The translations under genes were made by a program, and so were the position numbers. Below are positions 1-10,537 of a DNA stretch of 64,000 nt, piece after piece. Numbering within the stretch: position 1 is the first letter of the stretch; every line of letters starts with the position of its first letter. Source of the stretch: an uncultured delta proteobacterium (lineage in GTDB: Bacteria; Myxococcota; Kuafuiibacteriia; Kuafuiibacteriales; Kuafuiibacteriaceae); contig CAWDML010000005.1 in assembly GCA_963803435.1 (NCBI GenBank), positions 416,001 through 480,000 of the forward strand. The letters run 5' to 3'. Below the pieces are notes generated by a model. It saw only the letters and a program-made list of their open reading frames with translations, was not told the DNA's origin and made no database searches.

Positions 1-125
1 GTGGCGAGCTACGGATCCCCTCCACTCTGGTCAAGACCCGAAACGTTCGACCCGCCGTCGCCGATCGCCTGGAAGCCACCGTCGGTGAGGCATGGACACC
101 GGAGGCGGAGGTTTGCCGAGGCTGC

Positions 126-674
126 TTGAACGCCGCACGGACCGCCATGATCGTCGAGGATCTCAAGCGCGAGCGGGGTGACCTGACCTCGATCGAGAGC
201 GAGGTCTCGATGCGGGCGGCCGAGCATACGACGATCGCGGCCCGGTTCGACGACGAGTTCGAGCGAACGAAGACGCGGGGCGAACGACTCGCGGACGCCG
301 TCGCGGCGTTCGGTGGCTCCTGGCCCTTCGTCGTCGGATTCGGAACGGCCATGATGCTTTGGATCGCGCTCAACTCCTTCGCGCTGGGTGCACGGGCGTT
401 CGACCCGTTCCCGTACATCCTCCTGAACCTGCTCCTGTCCACGCTGGCGGCGCTGCAGGCGCCCATCATCATGATGAGCCAGAACCGCGCCACCGCGCGC
501 GATCGCAGGAAGGGGGACGAAGACTACAAGGTGAACCTCAAGGCCGAGCTCGAGATCGCCGGACTCCACGACAAGATCGACCATCTCTTGCACGTGCAAT
601 GGGAGAGGATGGTCGAGATCCAGCAGACCCAGCTGGAGCTCCTGGAGGAGATCGCCGGACGCCGGCGGAGTTGA
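126..674 (+). CDS. DUF1003 membrane protein (start uncertain)
   Basis: FGGSWPF...FDPFPYILLNLLLSTLAALQAPIIMMSQNR...DYKVNLKAELEI family signature. Confidence 0.85.
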   Translation: MNAARTAMIVEDLKRERGDLTSIESEVSMRAAEHTTIAARFDDEFERTKTRGERLADAVAAFGGSWPFVVGFGTAMMLWIALNSFALGARAFDPFPYILLNLLLSTLAALQAPIIMMSQNRATARDRRKGDEDYKVNLKAELEIAGLHDKIDHLLHVQWERMVEIQQTQLELLEEIAGRRRS

Positions 675-840
675 CACCCCGCCGGAGAGGCCCGCGAGCG
701 GCCCGATCATCTCGGCGTGCGTGGTGGGATCGAGCACAGCGGGGCGTCGTCGAAGATCTCGTTCAGCCGCGTCTGATCCTCGGGGAGGCCGCCGGTGCAG
801 CGCGAGCTTCAGCCCGGGCAGGGACTCACGCTCGAGAGCC

Positions 841-2076
841 TCAGAAGGGAGCGACATCGGTGTCAATGCCGCGCCGGAGGAGGAGCGTACCGCCCCATAC
901 CATCAGCGGGATGATCACCGCGGAGCCTGCGATCCGGACTGCCTCGTGAATCGTGAGGCCGTGATCCACGCCGTACGTGAGGGCCCAGCTCGAGGCCGAG
1001 ATGGCGAGCGTGGTCAGGCCGAATTCGATGGAGAAGACGCGGCCGTGAAAGCGCTTGTCGGCGTCCAGCTGGAGGAGCGTGCCGCTGTAGACCCAGTTGA
1101 GCCCACCTCCGATGGCGGAGAGAAAGTAACCGAACGCCACGCCCCACAGCGACTCGGAGAAGGAGGCCACCAAGAAGCCGGCGCCGAGCGTCAGATAGCC
1201 GGCGAAGATCGACCGCTTCAAGGTCGTGGGGGCGTCGCCGACGAACAGCCGCACGACCATCGAGCCGGCGAGCGCGCCGATGCCACGGCTCGTGTACAAG
1301 AGGCCGATGTAGAGCGCGCCGGTCCCCTCTCCGAAGGACTTGCCGAAGAGAGGCACCATGGCCACCGCACCCATCGAGAGGGCCTGCATGGGCTTCAGGA
1401 GCGAGAGCGTCAGGACGTAGCGGTCGCCGAGGAGGTAGCGGACCCCGTCGACGAACCGCGTCTGATTGCGCGGCCCCTCCTGCGCAGGCGGCTGAAGTGA
1501 AGGAAGCCCGAGGAAGAAGCTGGCCGAGAGGAGGAAGGTCACGCCGTCGATGAGGAATGAGGCGGTGACGCCGAGAAACTGCGTGGCGAAGCCGCCGAGC
1601 GCGGCACCGATCGCCAGCATGATCGACCAGGTTCCGCCGCCGAGCGCGTTCGCCATGGGCAGGTCCTCCGGCTTCACGATCATCGGAAGGACCGCGTTGC
1701 GGGTGGGGAGCACCACGCCTGAGAACATGATCATCACGGTGGTGAAGGCGAGGAGGCCCGCGATGCTCCCGGTCCGATGGGACGCGATCAACCCCAGGAC
1801 ACAGACCGCGCGTGCCAGATCGCTCGCGATCAGTAGCCGCCGGCGATCAAAGCGATCGATGATCGGACCCGCGATCGGGCTGACGAGGAAGGTCGGCAAG
1901 GTCTTGGCGACCATCACCGCCGCGATCGCCTGCGCGCTGTCGGTCAGCGCCTGGACCGACGTGTAGACGGCGATCGTGTTGAACCAGTCGCCCAGGTAGC
2001 TCACGAGCTCACCGAGCCAGAGACGCCGAAAGCTCTTCTCTTCGCGAAGGAGCGTCAGATAGCTGGGACCGGACAA
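841..2076 (-). CDS. MFS transporter
   Basis: About 12 hydrophobic segments; motif A GPIIDRFDRRR; FRRLWLGELVSYLGDW N-terminus. Confidence 0.9.
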   Translation of the reverse strand: MSGPSYLTLLREEKSFRRLWLGELVSYLGDWFNTIAVYTSVQALTDSAQAIAAVMVAKTLPTFLVSPIAGPIIDRFDRRRLLIASDLARAVCVLGLIASHRTGSIAGLLAFTTVMIMFSGVVLPTRNAVLPMIVKPEDLPMANALGGGTWSIMLAIGAALGGFATQFLGVTASFLIDGVTFLLSASFFLGLPSLQPPAQEGPRNQTRFVDGVRYLLGDRYVLTLSLLKPMQALSMGAVAMVPLFGKSFGEGTGALYIGLLYTSRGIGALAGSMVVRLFVGDAPTTLKRSIFAGYLTLGAGFLVASFSESLWGVAFGYFLSAIGGGLNWVYSGTLLQLDADKRFHGRVFSIEFGLTTLAISASSWALTYGVDHGLTIHEAVRIAGSAVIIPLMVWGGTLLLRRGIDTDVAPF

Positions 2077-2169
2077 CCGCCGCGGACTGTACGGCGAAAC
2101 CGGACGCGCGTTAAACAGAGTCGCATCGGCTCGCTACATTCGGGGCGATGAAGCCCATCGGAGTCTTCC

Positions 2170-2337
2170 TTGTCTGAGCACTTCACGGTGCGCGAGCTCC
2201 TCCAGGCCGTCGAGGACACCGAGCGGCAGACCCGCGGCAAGAGCGACTGGTTCGACGGCGTCGACATCCATCACGTGTACTTCGAGGGGCTCCACGAGGA
2301 GGAGCCGGGGATCCACACCATCTACTGGGGCTCGTAG
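2170..2337 (+). CDS. Small hypothetical protein or C-terminal gene fragment (55 aa, below the ORF-track cutoff)
   Basis: Hand translation LSEHFTVRELLQAVEDTERQTRGKSDWFDGVDIHHVYFEGLHEEEPGIHTIYWGS*; strong GC3 bias. Confidence 0.55.
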   Translation: MSEHFTVRELLQAVEDTERQTRGKSDWFDGVDIHHVYFEGLHEEEPGIHTIYWGS

Positions 2338-2341
2338 GCGA

Positions 2342-2917
2342 TCATCGCGAGAGCCAGCCCGGATGGCGGCGCATCGCCTCGCGGATCTCCTCCTCCGTGT
2401 AGCGTGGCGTGATGTTCGACGGACAATTCCAGTCGAAGCCCACGATCTCGATCCGCACGATCCGCTCCACCTTTCGGAGCAGTGACGGCGGTGTGATCGC
2501 CTCCGCGAGCGCCGGCTCGTCTCGCGCGTCCAGCACTCGTGCGCGGCCGAGGATCTTCAGCCGCGCCCGGTTGGGATAGTCCATCAAGAGCAGCGAGACG
2601 CGCGCGTCGTTGTCGAGGTTGCCGATCGAGATCAGCTGCCGATTGCCGCGAAGGTCGGCATAGGCGAGCGAATCCGGCGCGACCACGCGGAGGAAGCCCG
2701 GTGGTCCTCCGCGGTGCTGGAGATAGGGCCAGCCGTCGGGCGTGACGGTCGCCAGGTAGAAGCTGTCGCGCAAGCCGATGAACTCCCTCTCCGCCTCGCC
2801 CAGCGGCTCGCGCGCGCCTGCCGCTCCTGCGGGCAGCGAAAGGCTGCGCCCGTAATGCCGCTCCTGCGCCGCCCGCACCGGGTCGCTCAGGAGCTCCGCG
2901 AGGTATCGCGCTCCCAT
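2342..2917 (-). CDS. Pyridoxamine 5'-phosphate oxidase-like FMN-binding protein
   Basis: RDSFYLATV..DGWPYLQHRGGPPGF, DLRGNRQLISIGNL, FDWNCP; start re-placed at MGARYL. Confidence 0.9.
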   Translation of the reverse strand: MGARYLAELLSDPVRAAQERHYGRSLSLPAGAAGAREPLGEAEREFIGLRDSFYLATVTPDGWPYLQHRGGPPGFLRVVAPDSLAYADLRGNRQLISIGNLDNDARVSLLLMDYPNRARLKILGRARVLDARDEPALAEAITPPSLLRKVERIVRIEIVGFDWNCPSNITPRYTEEEIREAMRRHPGWLSR

Positions 2918-2927
2918 GACAGCCTCC

Positions 2928-3299
2928 TCAGAAGACGAGCGTCTGCCAGCCTCCGGCCAGATAGCGGTGGATGCCGGCGAGGCCCGGTGTCCCGGCGAGC
3001 TCGTTGTCGCGGAGCTCCGGGAGACCCGCCTCGCGCACGGAGTCCTTCGCGCCGAAGACGACGGCACAGGCGAGGGAGGCACCGGCGACGACGCCCCGCA
3101 CCGACTCGTAGAGCGCGTGTGCGGGATGGTCGAGTCGCGTCAGCTCCTTCGGCCAGCGTGTTCCGGTGCCGGCGAAGACGACCTCGACCTCCTCGCCGCG
3201 GCGGTCGGCGTCAGCCGCCAGCGCCAGCGCGTTGAAGGCACGGCCGAGGGCCTCCTCGCCGCTCTTCGGATCGGAGGTGATGATGATCGCGAGCTTCAT
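2928..3299 (-). CDS. DsrE-like protein
   Basis: MKLAIIITSDP..ALGRAFNAL, VVFAGTGTRW, ASLACAVVFGA. Confidence 0.75.
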   Translation of the reverse strand: MKLAIIITSDPKSGEEALGRAFNALALAADADRRGEEVEVVFAGTGTRWPKELTRLDHPAHALYESVRGVVAGASLACAVVFGAKDSVREAGLPELRDNELAGTPGLAGIHRYLAGGWQTLVF

Positions 3300-3365
3300 G
3301 TCCTTGTTCCTTCCTTCGACCCGCTCCCGCGTGGTCGTGGCCTCAATCTGAGCTGACGAGCCAAC

Positions 3366-3414
3366 TGAAACAATGCGCATCGAGTGGAACAAATAATTAA
3401 TAAAAATGGAATAA
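3366..3414. promoter_or_regulatory. AT-rich divergent promoter, probable LysR operator
   Basis: TGAAACAA, TGGAACAA and TGGAATAA repeats at 3366, 3385 and 3407, between dsrE and a LysR remnant. Confidence 0.5.
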
Positions 3415-3421
3415 TCGTCCA

Positions 3422-3487
3422 ACGGACCGCTTCGGCGCGATGCACGCCTTCGTCCCGGTGGCCGAGCGTTCCAGCTTCACGAAGGTG
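3422..3487 (+). pseudogene. LysR regulator N-terminal remnant
   Basis: (ACG)DRFGAMHAFVPVAERSSFTKV resembles the LysR HTH start MDRxxAMxxFVxVAExxSFTK; similarity then stops. Confidence 0.65.
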
Positions 3488-3618
3488 GTTGGTCTCATCG
3501 CTCGAGGCGCGCCTCGAGGACCCGCTGGAGATGCAAGCGACGCAAGCAGTGCGGAAATAGCGAGCAGCCAGGTGGCGTTGTTCGACCCGATTCTCCGACC
3601 TCGAGCCAAGGCATCCAG

Positions 3619-3894
3619 ATGAAGAACGCCCGTATCCTCTCGCTGATCGCGCTGATCTCCCCGCTCTCCGGCGTGGCCGCGTCCTCCTGCGGAAGCAACG
3701 CCGGCAGCACCAACGTCGAGTGTCGCCCGCTGACCGCAAATGCTCGCGCGCGATCGGTCGACTGGAGCGGCTCCATCTTCACGATCGTCATGGAGAACCA
3801 CAGCTACGGTGCAATCATCGGATCTTCCGACGCGCCGTACATCAACGCGCTGGCCTCGAACCACGCGATCGCCGCCGGCTACCACGACTCCTAC
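3619..3894 (+). pseudogene. Secreted phosphoesterase (acid phosphatase) N-terminal fragment
   Basis: Signal/lipobox, then IFTIVMENHSYGAIIGSSDAPYINALA; truncated and running in frame into the AraC gene. Confidence 0.65.
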
Positions 3895-4704
3895 GTGCGC
3901 CCTGTGCTCTCGCTCGAGCCGCGCGAGTCGGACTTCGTCGCCGCACCGATCGGTCGATACCACCGGGCTCGGTGCGTGCTCTTCTGGTGCGCGAGCCCCA
4001 CGCTGTTCGGTGCGTTCGCCTGGGGCAACCCGGAGCTCGAGGATGCGAAGGACTTCACGAGGCTGCTCGACGCGACGCTCTCACCCGACCTGGCTCACCT
4101 GTAGATCCTGCAGGACGCGGCGCGGCTGGAGTCGCTGTCGCCTCCGGTGTTCGCCTGGGTGGCGGAACACCTGGCGAAGCGCCTCGCGGAGTATCGCGAG
4201 CGGACCGTGCGCCTCGCGCTCGTGCACTCGGGTGGGTTCTGGGGGGCGACGGTGGCGGGGATGTTCAACGTCGTCCCGCCGCCGGGGCCGCTGAAGCTCT
4301 TCACGACGAGAGAGCGCGCGCTCGCCTGGCTGCGCGCGGACGCGCCGGCCGAGCTGCTCCCGACGCGCGCGCGCATCTCCAGCAACGCGCCAATCGCGCC
4401 GGTGGTGCAGCGCTTGCGCGCGCTCGTTCGGCAGGCGTCGGGTCGGCTGGAGCTCGAGGCTGCGGCCGTGGCGATGGATCGCTCCTCGCGCTCGCTGCAG
4501 CGGGAGCTCCAGCGCGAGGGCACCTCGTTCCGGCGGGAGATGCCGGCGGCGCGCGTCGAGCACAGCAAGGAGCGCATGCTCTCCTCGTCGCTGCCGATCA
4601 CGCGGATCGGCCTCGAGGTCGGCTTCGAGTCGTCGCAGCACTTCAGCCGGGTGTTTCGCGAGCACACGGGCCTCGCGCCGTCGGAGTGGCGCGCGCGCCG
4701 CTGA
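3895..4704 (+). pseudogene. AraC-family regulator with in-frame TAG at 4102
   Basis: C-terminal HTH ITRIGLEVGFESSQHFSRVFREHTGLAPSEWR; the same frame is coding-like on both sides of the stop. Confidence 0.75.
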
Positions 4705-5382
4705 CCGCGCTCATTCTCGCAGGGCTCGCGCTCGCCGGCTGCGGGTCCGGCGCCTCGGGCGGCGAGTCCGGCGCGTCGAGCGACGCGCGCACCGATCCGG
4801 CCGGTGATGCGTCCGGCGAGCAGGCGGACGGCGGTGAGGCGGGAGACGCCGCGGTGAACGACGCCGCGATCGCCGCGCTCTCGATCGGCCCTCTCGGTGG
4901 GACGATCGTCGTCGATCCCATGATCGAGATCGTCGTCCCGCCGGGCGCGCTGAGCCAGGACATCGTGTTCGCGGTCTCGACCGCCACGACGCCGGACAGC
5001 CCCTACACGCGAACCGGCCACACCCCGCTCGGCCCGGCGTTCGTCGTGCAGCCGAGCTGCTCCGGATCAAGGACCCAGCGCACGCCCGCGCGTACGTCGA
5101 CTGGGAGCGCGACCAGGTGGAAGCGGCCGAGCCGTTCACCCGCTTCGCTCGACCCCGCCGACTACAGGGACGCCACCGGGCGTGGTCTACGTGCACAGCG
5201 CGGCGGGCACCGCAGGCGGCCTGACGTACCTGATCTCCGGCAGTCACGCCTGCTACGGCGAGGGCTGTGCTACGTACATCCTTCAGGGCGTCCAGGGCGC
5301 CCACTGGTACGCGAACGAAGCCGCGACGTTTCAGTGCAGCGATCTACGCATGGACCACCACAACCAGATCTACCTCGATTGA
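4686..5382 (+). pseudogene. Fragmented lipoprotein with ZU5-like segment
   Basis: LALAGC lipobox, IGPLGGTI..IVVPPGALSQD; frame breaks after about 5060. Confidence 0.45.
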
Positions 5383-5562
5383 ACCGTTCCCTCCTCTTGG
5401 TCGCCGAAGAACGTCCGGATCGCCCGGCGAACGGCCGCGCGGCAGTGGCGTGGGCCGGCTACCAGACGGGCCTGCTCGAAGCCGCCATCCCCCGGCGTGG
5501 CCGAAGAGATCCGACCAGCCCTCCGCGAAGCGCCCGGCGACGCCGGCAACCGGAGCCGTCAA

Positions 5563-6387
5563 TCAGGCCGTCGTCGCAGCTCGGGAACAGGTGAACGCCC
5601 GGCGCCGGAGCCAAGCATCCAGAGCAGCGTTGAACGCGTGAGCGTCCTCGATCGGCAACGCGTGGTGCGCATCGGGGACGACCTGAACTTCGGCTCGCTC
5701 GATCCGGTTCGCGACCGACTCCTTCGCTGCGACAGGCGTGTAGTCGTGCTCGGAGCAGAGGAGCAGCGTTGGGCACCGCAGCTCATCGAGGCGCCGTTCG
5801 ACCGACCATCCGACGATCGCGCGCGTCAACGCCAGATAAGCGCCCGGCTCGTTGTCTGCCATCTGTGCTTCGAATCGCCGCCGCAGATCGAGCTGATCCG
5901 CTCGGGGAAAGAGTCGAGGTGCGACCATCTTCGCCACGGCCCGCGGTCCGAGCGCGCGCGTCAACACCATCCGGACCGCGAGCTGCAGACTCTCGCGCCA
6001 GGTGCGCGGGACCACCGACGCGCCGGAGTTGACCAGCACCAGGCTGTGAACCAGGCGCGGCGAGTCGAGGGCCAGCTGCAGCGCAGTCATCCCTCCCATC
6101 GAGAGACCGACGAGATGTACGCGTTCTAGGCCCAGCCGATCGAGCACCGCGGCCGCATCCGCTGCCAGCTGCGAGATCGAGAAAGGGCCGCTGGGATGCT
6201 CGAGGTCGCGCGATCGTCCGCTGCCGCGAGCGTCGGGGATGATGCAGCGATACCGGCCGCCAAAGAACGCCACCTGCTCGCTCCAGTCTTGGCCGCTCGA
6301 TCCGAGCCCGTGGAGCAGCACCAGCGGCTCACCGGTGCCGACTTCTTCGAGGTACAACGAAGCGCCGCGCAGCTTCAGCCGAGTCAC
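5563..6387 (-). CDS. Alpha/beta hydrolase (enol-lactonase-like)
   Basis: LLHGLG, GLSMGG nucleophile elbow, EHD and AHH catalytic positions. Confidence 0.9.
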   Translation of the reverse strand: MTRLKLRGASLYLEEVGTGEPLVLLHGLGSSGQDWSEQVAFFGGRYRCIIPDARGSGRSRDLEHPSGPFSISQLAADAAAVLDRLGLERVHLVGLSMGGMTALQLALDSPRLVHSLVLVNSGASVVPRTWRESLQLAVRMVLTRALGPRAVAKMVAPRLFPRADQLDLRRRFEAQMADNEPGAYLALTRAIVGWSVERRLDELRCPTLLLCSEHDYTPVAAKESVANRIERAEVQVVPDAHHALPIEDAHAFNAALDAWLRRRAFTCSRAATTA

Positions 6388-6394
6388 GTCGTGC

Positions 6395-7264
6395 TCAGTG
6401 ATTCTCGAACCACGCGACGATGGCCTCCGGCGCCGACGAAAGCCAGCGGTGACTCGCCAAGGGATCGATCAGGGCGTCGGTCTCGATGCCCTGTGCGTCG
6501 AGTCGATCGCGATAACGCTGCATCGTGAACAGCGGCACCGTTGTGTCCAGCCGGCCGTGGAGAAAGAGCGTCGGCGGATGATCCAGGGGCAGCTCGTCGG
6601 GGACCGAGCAGAGCGGCCCGACGCAGGTCGCATAGCTGCCGGAGTTCACGGCCAGCGCGCGGAAGACGCCTCGGTAGCTGACGGCCATGCGGCTGGTCAT
6701 GTACCCTCCGCTCGAGATTCCGGTCGCATAGAGCCTGCTCGTGTCGGCCGGACCGAACTCTCCCTGGCGAACGGCTTCCAGGAGCGCGTCGACGAATCGC
6801 CGGTCCGTGGTCAGTGCCCAGTCGAGGCCTGAATTCGTCTGCCACGCCACCCCGAAGGCCGCCGAGGGCGCGACGACGGTGAAGCCGTGATCGAGCAGCT
6901 CCGCCTGGAGCTTGGCCTGATAATACCCGCCGAACGGGAGGCCGCGCGGGACCTCGCCCCAGGTCGTCGAAGGGGCAAACAGGCTGCCTTGAAAGAGGAC
7001 GACCAGCGGATGACCGCCGCTCGGCGAGGGCGCGGCGGGCGTCTGCCAGTACACGTCGCGCTCGATCTCCCCGGCGGCGAGCGTGGTCACGCGGTAGGTG
7101 CAGACCACGGTCTGCGGATCGACCGAACAGCGCGAGACCTCGCTGTCCGCCGCATCGACGATGGAGGCATCGCTCGCCGCCGCGCCCTCGTTCTCGATGG
7201 GGGCGCCGTCGGGAGCGGTCGGATCACAGGCGACGAGGAGCAACGCGTAGACGTGAAGGCGCAT
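6395..7264 (-). CDS. phaZ: Extracellular medium-chain-length PHA depolymerase-like lipoprotein
   Basis: YATGISSGGYMTSRMAVSY, SGSYATCVGPLC, DHPPTLFLHG as in Pseudomonas/Streptomyces mcl-PhaZ; LLVAC lipobox. Confidence 0.8.
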   Translation of the reverse strand: MRLHVYALLLVACDPTAPDGAPIENEGAAASDASIVDAADSEVSRCSVDPQTVVCTYRVTTLAAGEIERDVYWQTPAAPSPSGGHPLVVLFQGSLFAPSTTWGEVPRGLPFGGYYQAKLQAELLDHGFTVVAPSAAFGVAWQTNSGLDWALTTDRRFVDALLEAVRQGEFGPADTSRLYATGISSGGYMTSRMAVSYRGVFRALAVNSGSYATCVGPLCSVPDELPLDHPPTLFLHGRLDTTVPLFTMQRYRDRLDAQGIETDALIDPLASHRWLSSAPEAIVAWFENH

Positions 7265-7324
7265 CGGGACCCGGTTAGCACGCCGCGCTTCGACGGCCAA
7301 TTCCGCCCGGACTGCGCGAGGCCC

Positions 7325-7339
7325 TTTGTACTATACAAA
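7325..7339. promoter_or_regulatory. Palindromic operator candidate
   Basis: TTTGTA-CTA-TACAAA between the divergent phaZ and regulator genes. Confidence 0.5.
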
Positions 7340-7346
7340 AACGACG

Positions 7347-8162
7347 ATGAAGATGGCGGAGCTGGTCGAGCGATCGGGTGTCTCTCGCTCGACGATTCAT
7401 CACTATCAAAACCTGGGCTTGCTTCCCCCAGCGGAGCTGCGCGGCCCGAAGCTGCACGTCTACTCCGAGGTTCACCTCAACTGCCTGCGCCAGATCGTGC
7501 GATGGCGACGCGCGGGAAGAACGCTCCCAGAGATCCGGGCGAAGATCGGCCGGCAGCTCCGGGCGCCCACCACCGGTCCCGCACCGGTCAGCGGTGAGCG
7601 GGAGGTCATCGTGCGCGCCGCGGCGGCCCTGTTCCTCGAGGACGGCGCGGCCAAGTTTCGTCTCTCCGAGATCGCCCGCGCTGCGGGTGTTTCGCGCCGG
7701 ACCGTCGCGAAGCACTTCAGCTCCGCGGAGGAATGCTTCCTCGCCTCGATCGATCACCTTCGGCTGTTGCTGGCGCCACCCGAGGAACGAAGACATGCGT
7801 CGCGTGCGGCAGGTCTTTGGCGCGAGGTGGGACGCCGGGCCCGCTCGGTCCTGTCGCGAAGCCGTGGCTGGGTCGACTTGAACTGCGCGCTGATGGTCGC
7901 GCGCGCGAGCGACGATCCTGAGCGAGCCGCGCTGGCGCGAGAGGCAATGTTCCGCATGATCACCAACGTCGAGCCGTCGCTGCGCCGAGCACAGAGCGCA
8001 CAGAAGCTCCCACCCGGTGACACGGAGCTGCTCATGTTCATGGCGTGGGGCGCGCTGATCTACGCCGGCTACTGGATCCTCGACCGATCACCCCGGGGAC
8101 TCGACCGGGCCATCGACGAGTACACCCACCTCATCATCCGCGGAGCGCAGATCAAACGGTGA
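7347..8162 (+). CDS. MerR-HTH + TetR fusion regulator
   Basis: MKMAELVERSGVSRSTIHHYQNLGLLP (MerR) followed by LSEIARAAGVSRRTVAKHF (TetR). Confidence 0.85.
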   Translation: MKMAELVERSGVSRSTIHHYQNLGLLPPAELRGPKLHVYSEVHLNCLRQIVRWRRAGRTLPEIRAKIGRQLRAPTTGPAPVSGEREVIVRAAAALFLEDGAAKFRLSEIARAAGVSRRTVAKHFSSAEECFLASIDHLRLLLAPPEERRHASRAAGLWREVGRRARSVLSRSRGWVDLNCALMVARASDDPERAALAREAMFRMITNVEPSLRRAQSAQKLPPGDTELLMFMAWGALIYAGYWILDRSPRGLDRAIDEYTHLIIRGAQIKR

Positions 8163-8511
8163 GGGGGTGGCTCGACGCTGCGTCCGTCTCCCGCCGTCCG
8201 AGATCCTCGCCGATTTCGGCGATCCGCTGGTCGATCCGCTCCTCGACCTCCGGCTGGGCTCCAGCCGCCGGTTCCTCGAGCGCCTGGAGCTTGGCCTCCC
8301 TCCCTTCTTTGGTCTGGTCGAGCCGCCCTCGAGCGTGCTCGGCGGTTCGCTGGAGCTGAAGCTCTTCAGCGCACGAACACCTTCGCGCGCGCTGGTCTCC
8401 TCCGGAAAATTGCCACCACGATCGCCTCCTCTACGAGCAAGCTGCACGACTCATTCCGACGCCTTTGGCGACCGCCGTGACGTCCCCGCTCTCGGTGGGT
8501 ATCCTCATACG

Positions 8512-8700
8512 ATGCGGCCCGATCCTCGCCGGCGTGACATCCATGCGCTCGACGCCGACGGCATGGTCCTCTGTAACCCGCGCGATCGCGAAGCCGCGCA
8601 TCGGGCCCAGGTCGAAGGGATCGCCACGTCGACGGCGGCCGAGGTGACCTGCCGAAAGTGCCTCGAGCGGCTCCACCAGGCCGAGCCCGCGGGACGCTGA
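8512..8700 (+). CDS. Small hypothetical protein, possibly zinc-binding
   Basis: H...LC...VTCRKC motif; GC3 bias. Confidence 0.5.
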   Translation: MRPDPRRRDIHALDADGMVLCNPRDREAAHRAQVEGIATSTAAEVTCRKCLERLHQAEPAGR

Positions 8701-8945
8701 CCTCGGGCCACACACGTGTGAGTCCTCGATGCCACGATCGGCCTCCTGACGGCGGCTCCATTCGGGCGCCCGCCGGCTGGCACGGGCCCTGCTCTCCCCG
8801 GCAATCGATGGTGCGCCGGTCGATCGCCGTCCGTCGTGATCTCTGCCTGCTGCCGGCGGATCCGGACCCTGGAGCGAAGGGCGCCTCCGCCGCGGCGCCG
8901 ATCCGAGGCGACGCCGTCCGGGCCTGGGACCAGTGCGACGATCCG

Positions 8946-9602
8946 ATGGCCAACCTCTTCGTGGCGTCCGGGACCGCCGCGCCGACCGCCGAGCACGGCC
9001 AGGTCCAGCGATCGCCCGAGGCTCGGCGAGCCATCGAGCGGACGATCGAGCGCCTCGATCGGAGCCCGGAGCGCCTCGGTGGCTGGTCGCCGGCGGCGAT
9101 GTACCAGAAGTTCTTCGCGAACAACCCGAGCGTCAGCGACGAACAACTCCTGGCGATGGGCAAGGTTCCGGTCAATCGCCTCAACACGCCGGAGGCCACC
9201 GCCACCGAGCTCCAGGAGATGAGCCGTTACGACGTCCCGCTGAACACGCCTCAACACCGCTTTGCCCGGGATCTGATGGCGGGGATCATCGACGCCCGGC
9301 CCGGGGAGGTCTCGAGGATCAAGCCCGAGATGGGGACGACCGGAAGCTCGCGCTTCACGTCGGAGTTCCGGAAGAAGTGGTGGGGCCTTCCGCCTCCCGT
9401 CGGGCTGTCGATCTCCTCCAGCGAACCGCTCCAACTCGGAACCGTGCTCCACGACGTCACGTCCGATCTCAAGGACGCAGGGGTCGCGAACCTGAACAAG
9501 AGCATGTGGGGGCTCGACGGGAACCGGACCTCGGCAATCGTGATGTCGCAGTGGTACGGAGGCCTCCCCGCCCTCCCTCCGCCCACTGCGCCGCTCCGGT
9601 AG
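8946..9602 (+). CDS. Hypothetical protein
   Basis: Globular composition and GC3 bias from MANLFV. Confidence 0.55.
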   Translation: MANLFVASGTAAPTAEHGQVQRSPEARRAIERTIERLDRSPERLGGWSPAAMYQKFFANNPSVSDEQLLAMGKVPVNRLNTPEATATELQEMSRYDVPLNTPQHRFARDLMAGIIDARPGEVSRIKPEMGTTGSSRFTSEFRKKWWGLPPPVGLSISSSEPLQLGTVLHDVTSDLKDAGVANLNKSMWGLDGNRTSAIVMSQWYGGLPALPPPTAPLR

Positions 9603-9621
9603 CCGGGGCACCCTGACGGGA

Positions 9622-10083
9622 TCACACGCGGACGAGGCGGGCGAAGGCGAGCATCTCGCGGGCGTTCAACACGCCGTTGCGGTCGGCGTCGGCGCCGCGA
9701 AAGGCGCGCTCGGTTCGCTCGGCGCTCTCCGTGCGGACCTCCCGCTCGGTCAAGAACGACACTCCGCGGCCGCGGGCGCGCCGGCCTCGCACGACCTGGA
9801 CGGACGCTCCGCGTTCGACGTCCCAGCCGGACCAGTCACCCTTACCCGCGCGCTGCTCGCGGAGGCTCAGCCGTCCGTCCCAATCGAGGTCGTCCCGCTT
9901 GAAGTCCGCCAGGACGCGGGCGAGCTCGCGCTGCTCCAGCTCCGGCAGGGTGACGCCCCGCTCGACGCCTCGACCTCTTCCCCGACCGTTGTGACCGCCA
10001 TCGTGCGGACCGTCCGCCAGCGCTGTCCCGCTGATGAGGCCGAGGCCGAGCACGATCCCGAAAATGCGACTCTTGTGGTTCAT
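9622..10083 (-). CDS. Secreted EF-hand protein
   Basis: Signal peptide; DLDWDGRLS and DADRNGVLN loops; AGGAG RBS. Confidence 0.7.
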   Translation of the reverse strand: MNHKSRIFGIVLGLGLISGTALADGPHDGGHNGRGRGRGVERGVTLPELEQRELARVLADFKRDDLDWDGRLSLREQRAGKGDWSGWDVERGASVQVVRGRRARGRGVSFLTEREVRTESAERTERAFRGADADRNGVLNAREMLAFARLVRV

Positions 10084-10256
10084 ACCTACTCCTGGCGGAC
10101 GCTCACCGCGCCGCTCGCCCGGATCGACGCTCGGCTGCCGCCCGCTCTTCCACGCGGGCGGGGCGATTCACACATCTTGAGGCGCGTTCACGAACCGTGA
10201 CATGGGCTCGCGCTTCTGCGGATACACGCCGCTTGCGCGGCAAGAACTCCCGCCAC

Positions 10257-10451
10257 TCATCCGCAGCCGACGGGACGGATGCGGCTGCGAACGACGAGGC
10301 GCTGTCTGACCTCCACCCCTTCGAGATGAACCTGGTGCCCGTCCGGCCACACCACGTCCAGGCGATCGACGCGCTCGGCGGCCCCGAGGCCGAAGTGCGC
10401 CTCGGCGGGATCCTGGGACACATAGTTGGAGCCGGCGCGCACGAGGCGCAC
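10257..10451 (-). pseudogene. ASPIC/UnbV domain fragment
   Basis: GSNYVSQD..EAHFGLG...VDRLDVVWPDG; no upstream FG-GAP body. Confidence 0.7.
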
Positions 10452-10537
10452 CTGATGGCGGCCGCCCGCCTCGACGTGGCATCAGCCGAAGCACGATCAC
10501 TCGCTTCGACGTCGGCGACGGCACTTCACTCACCCAG

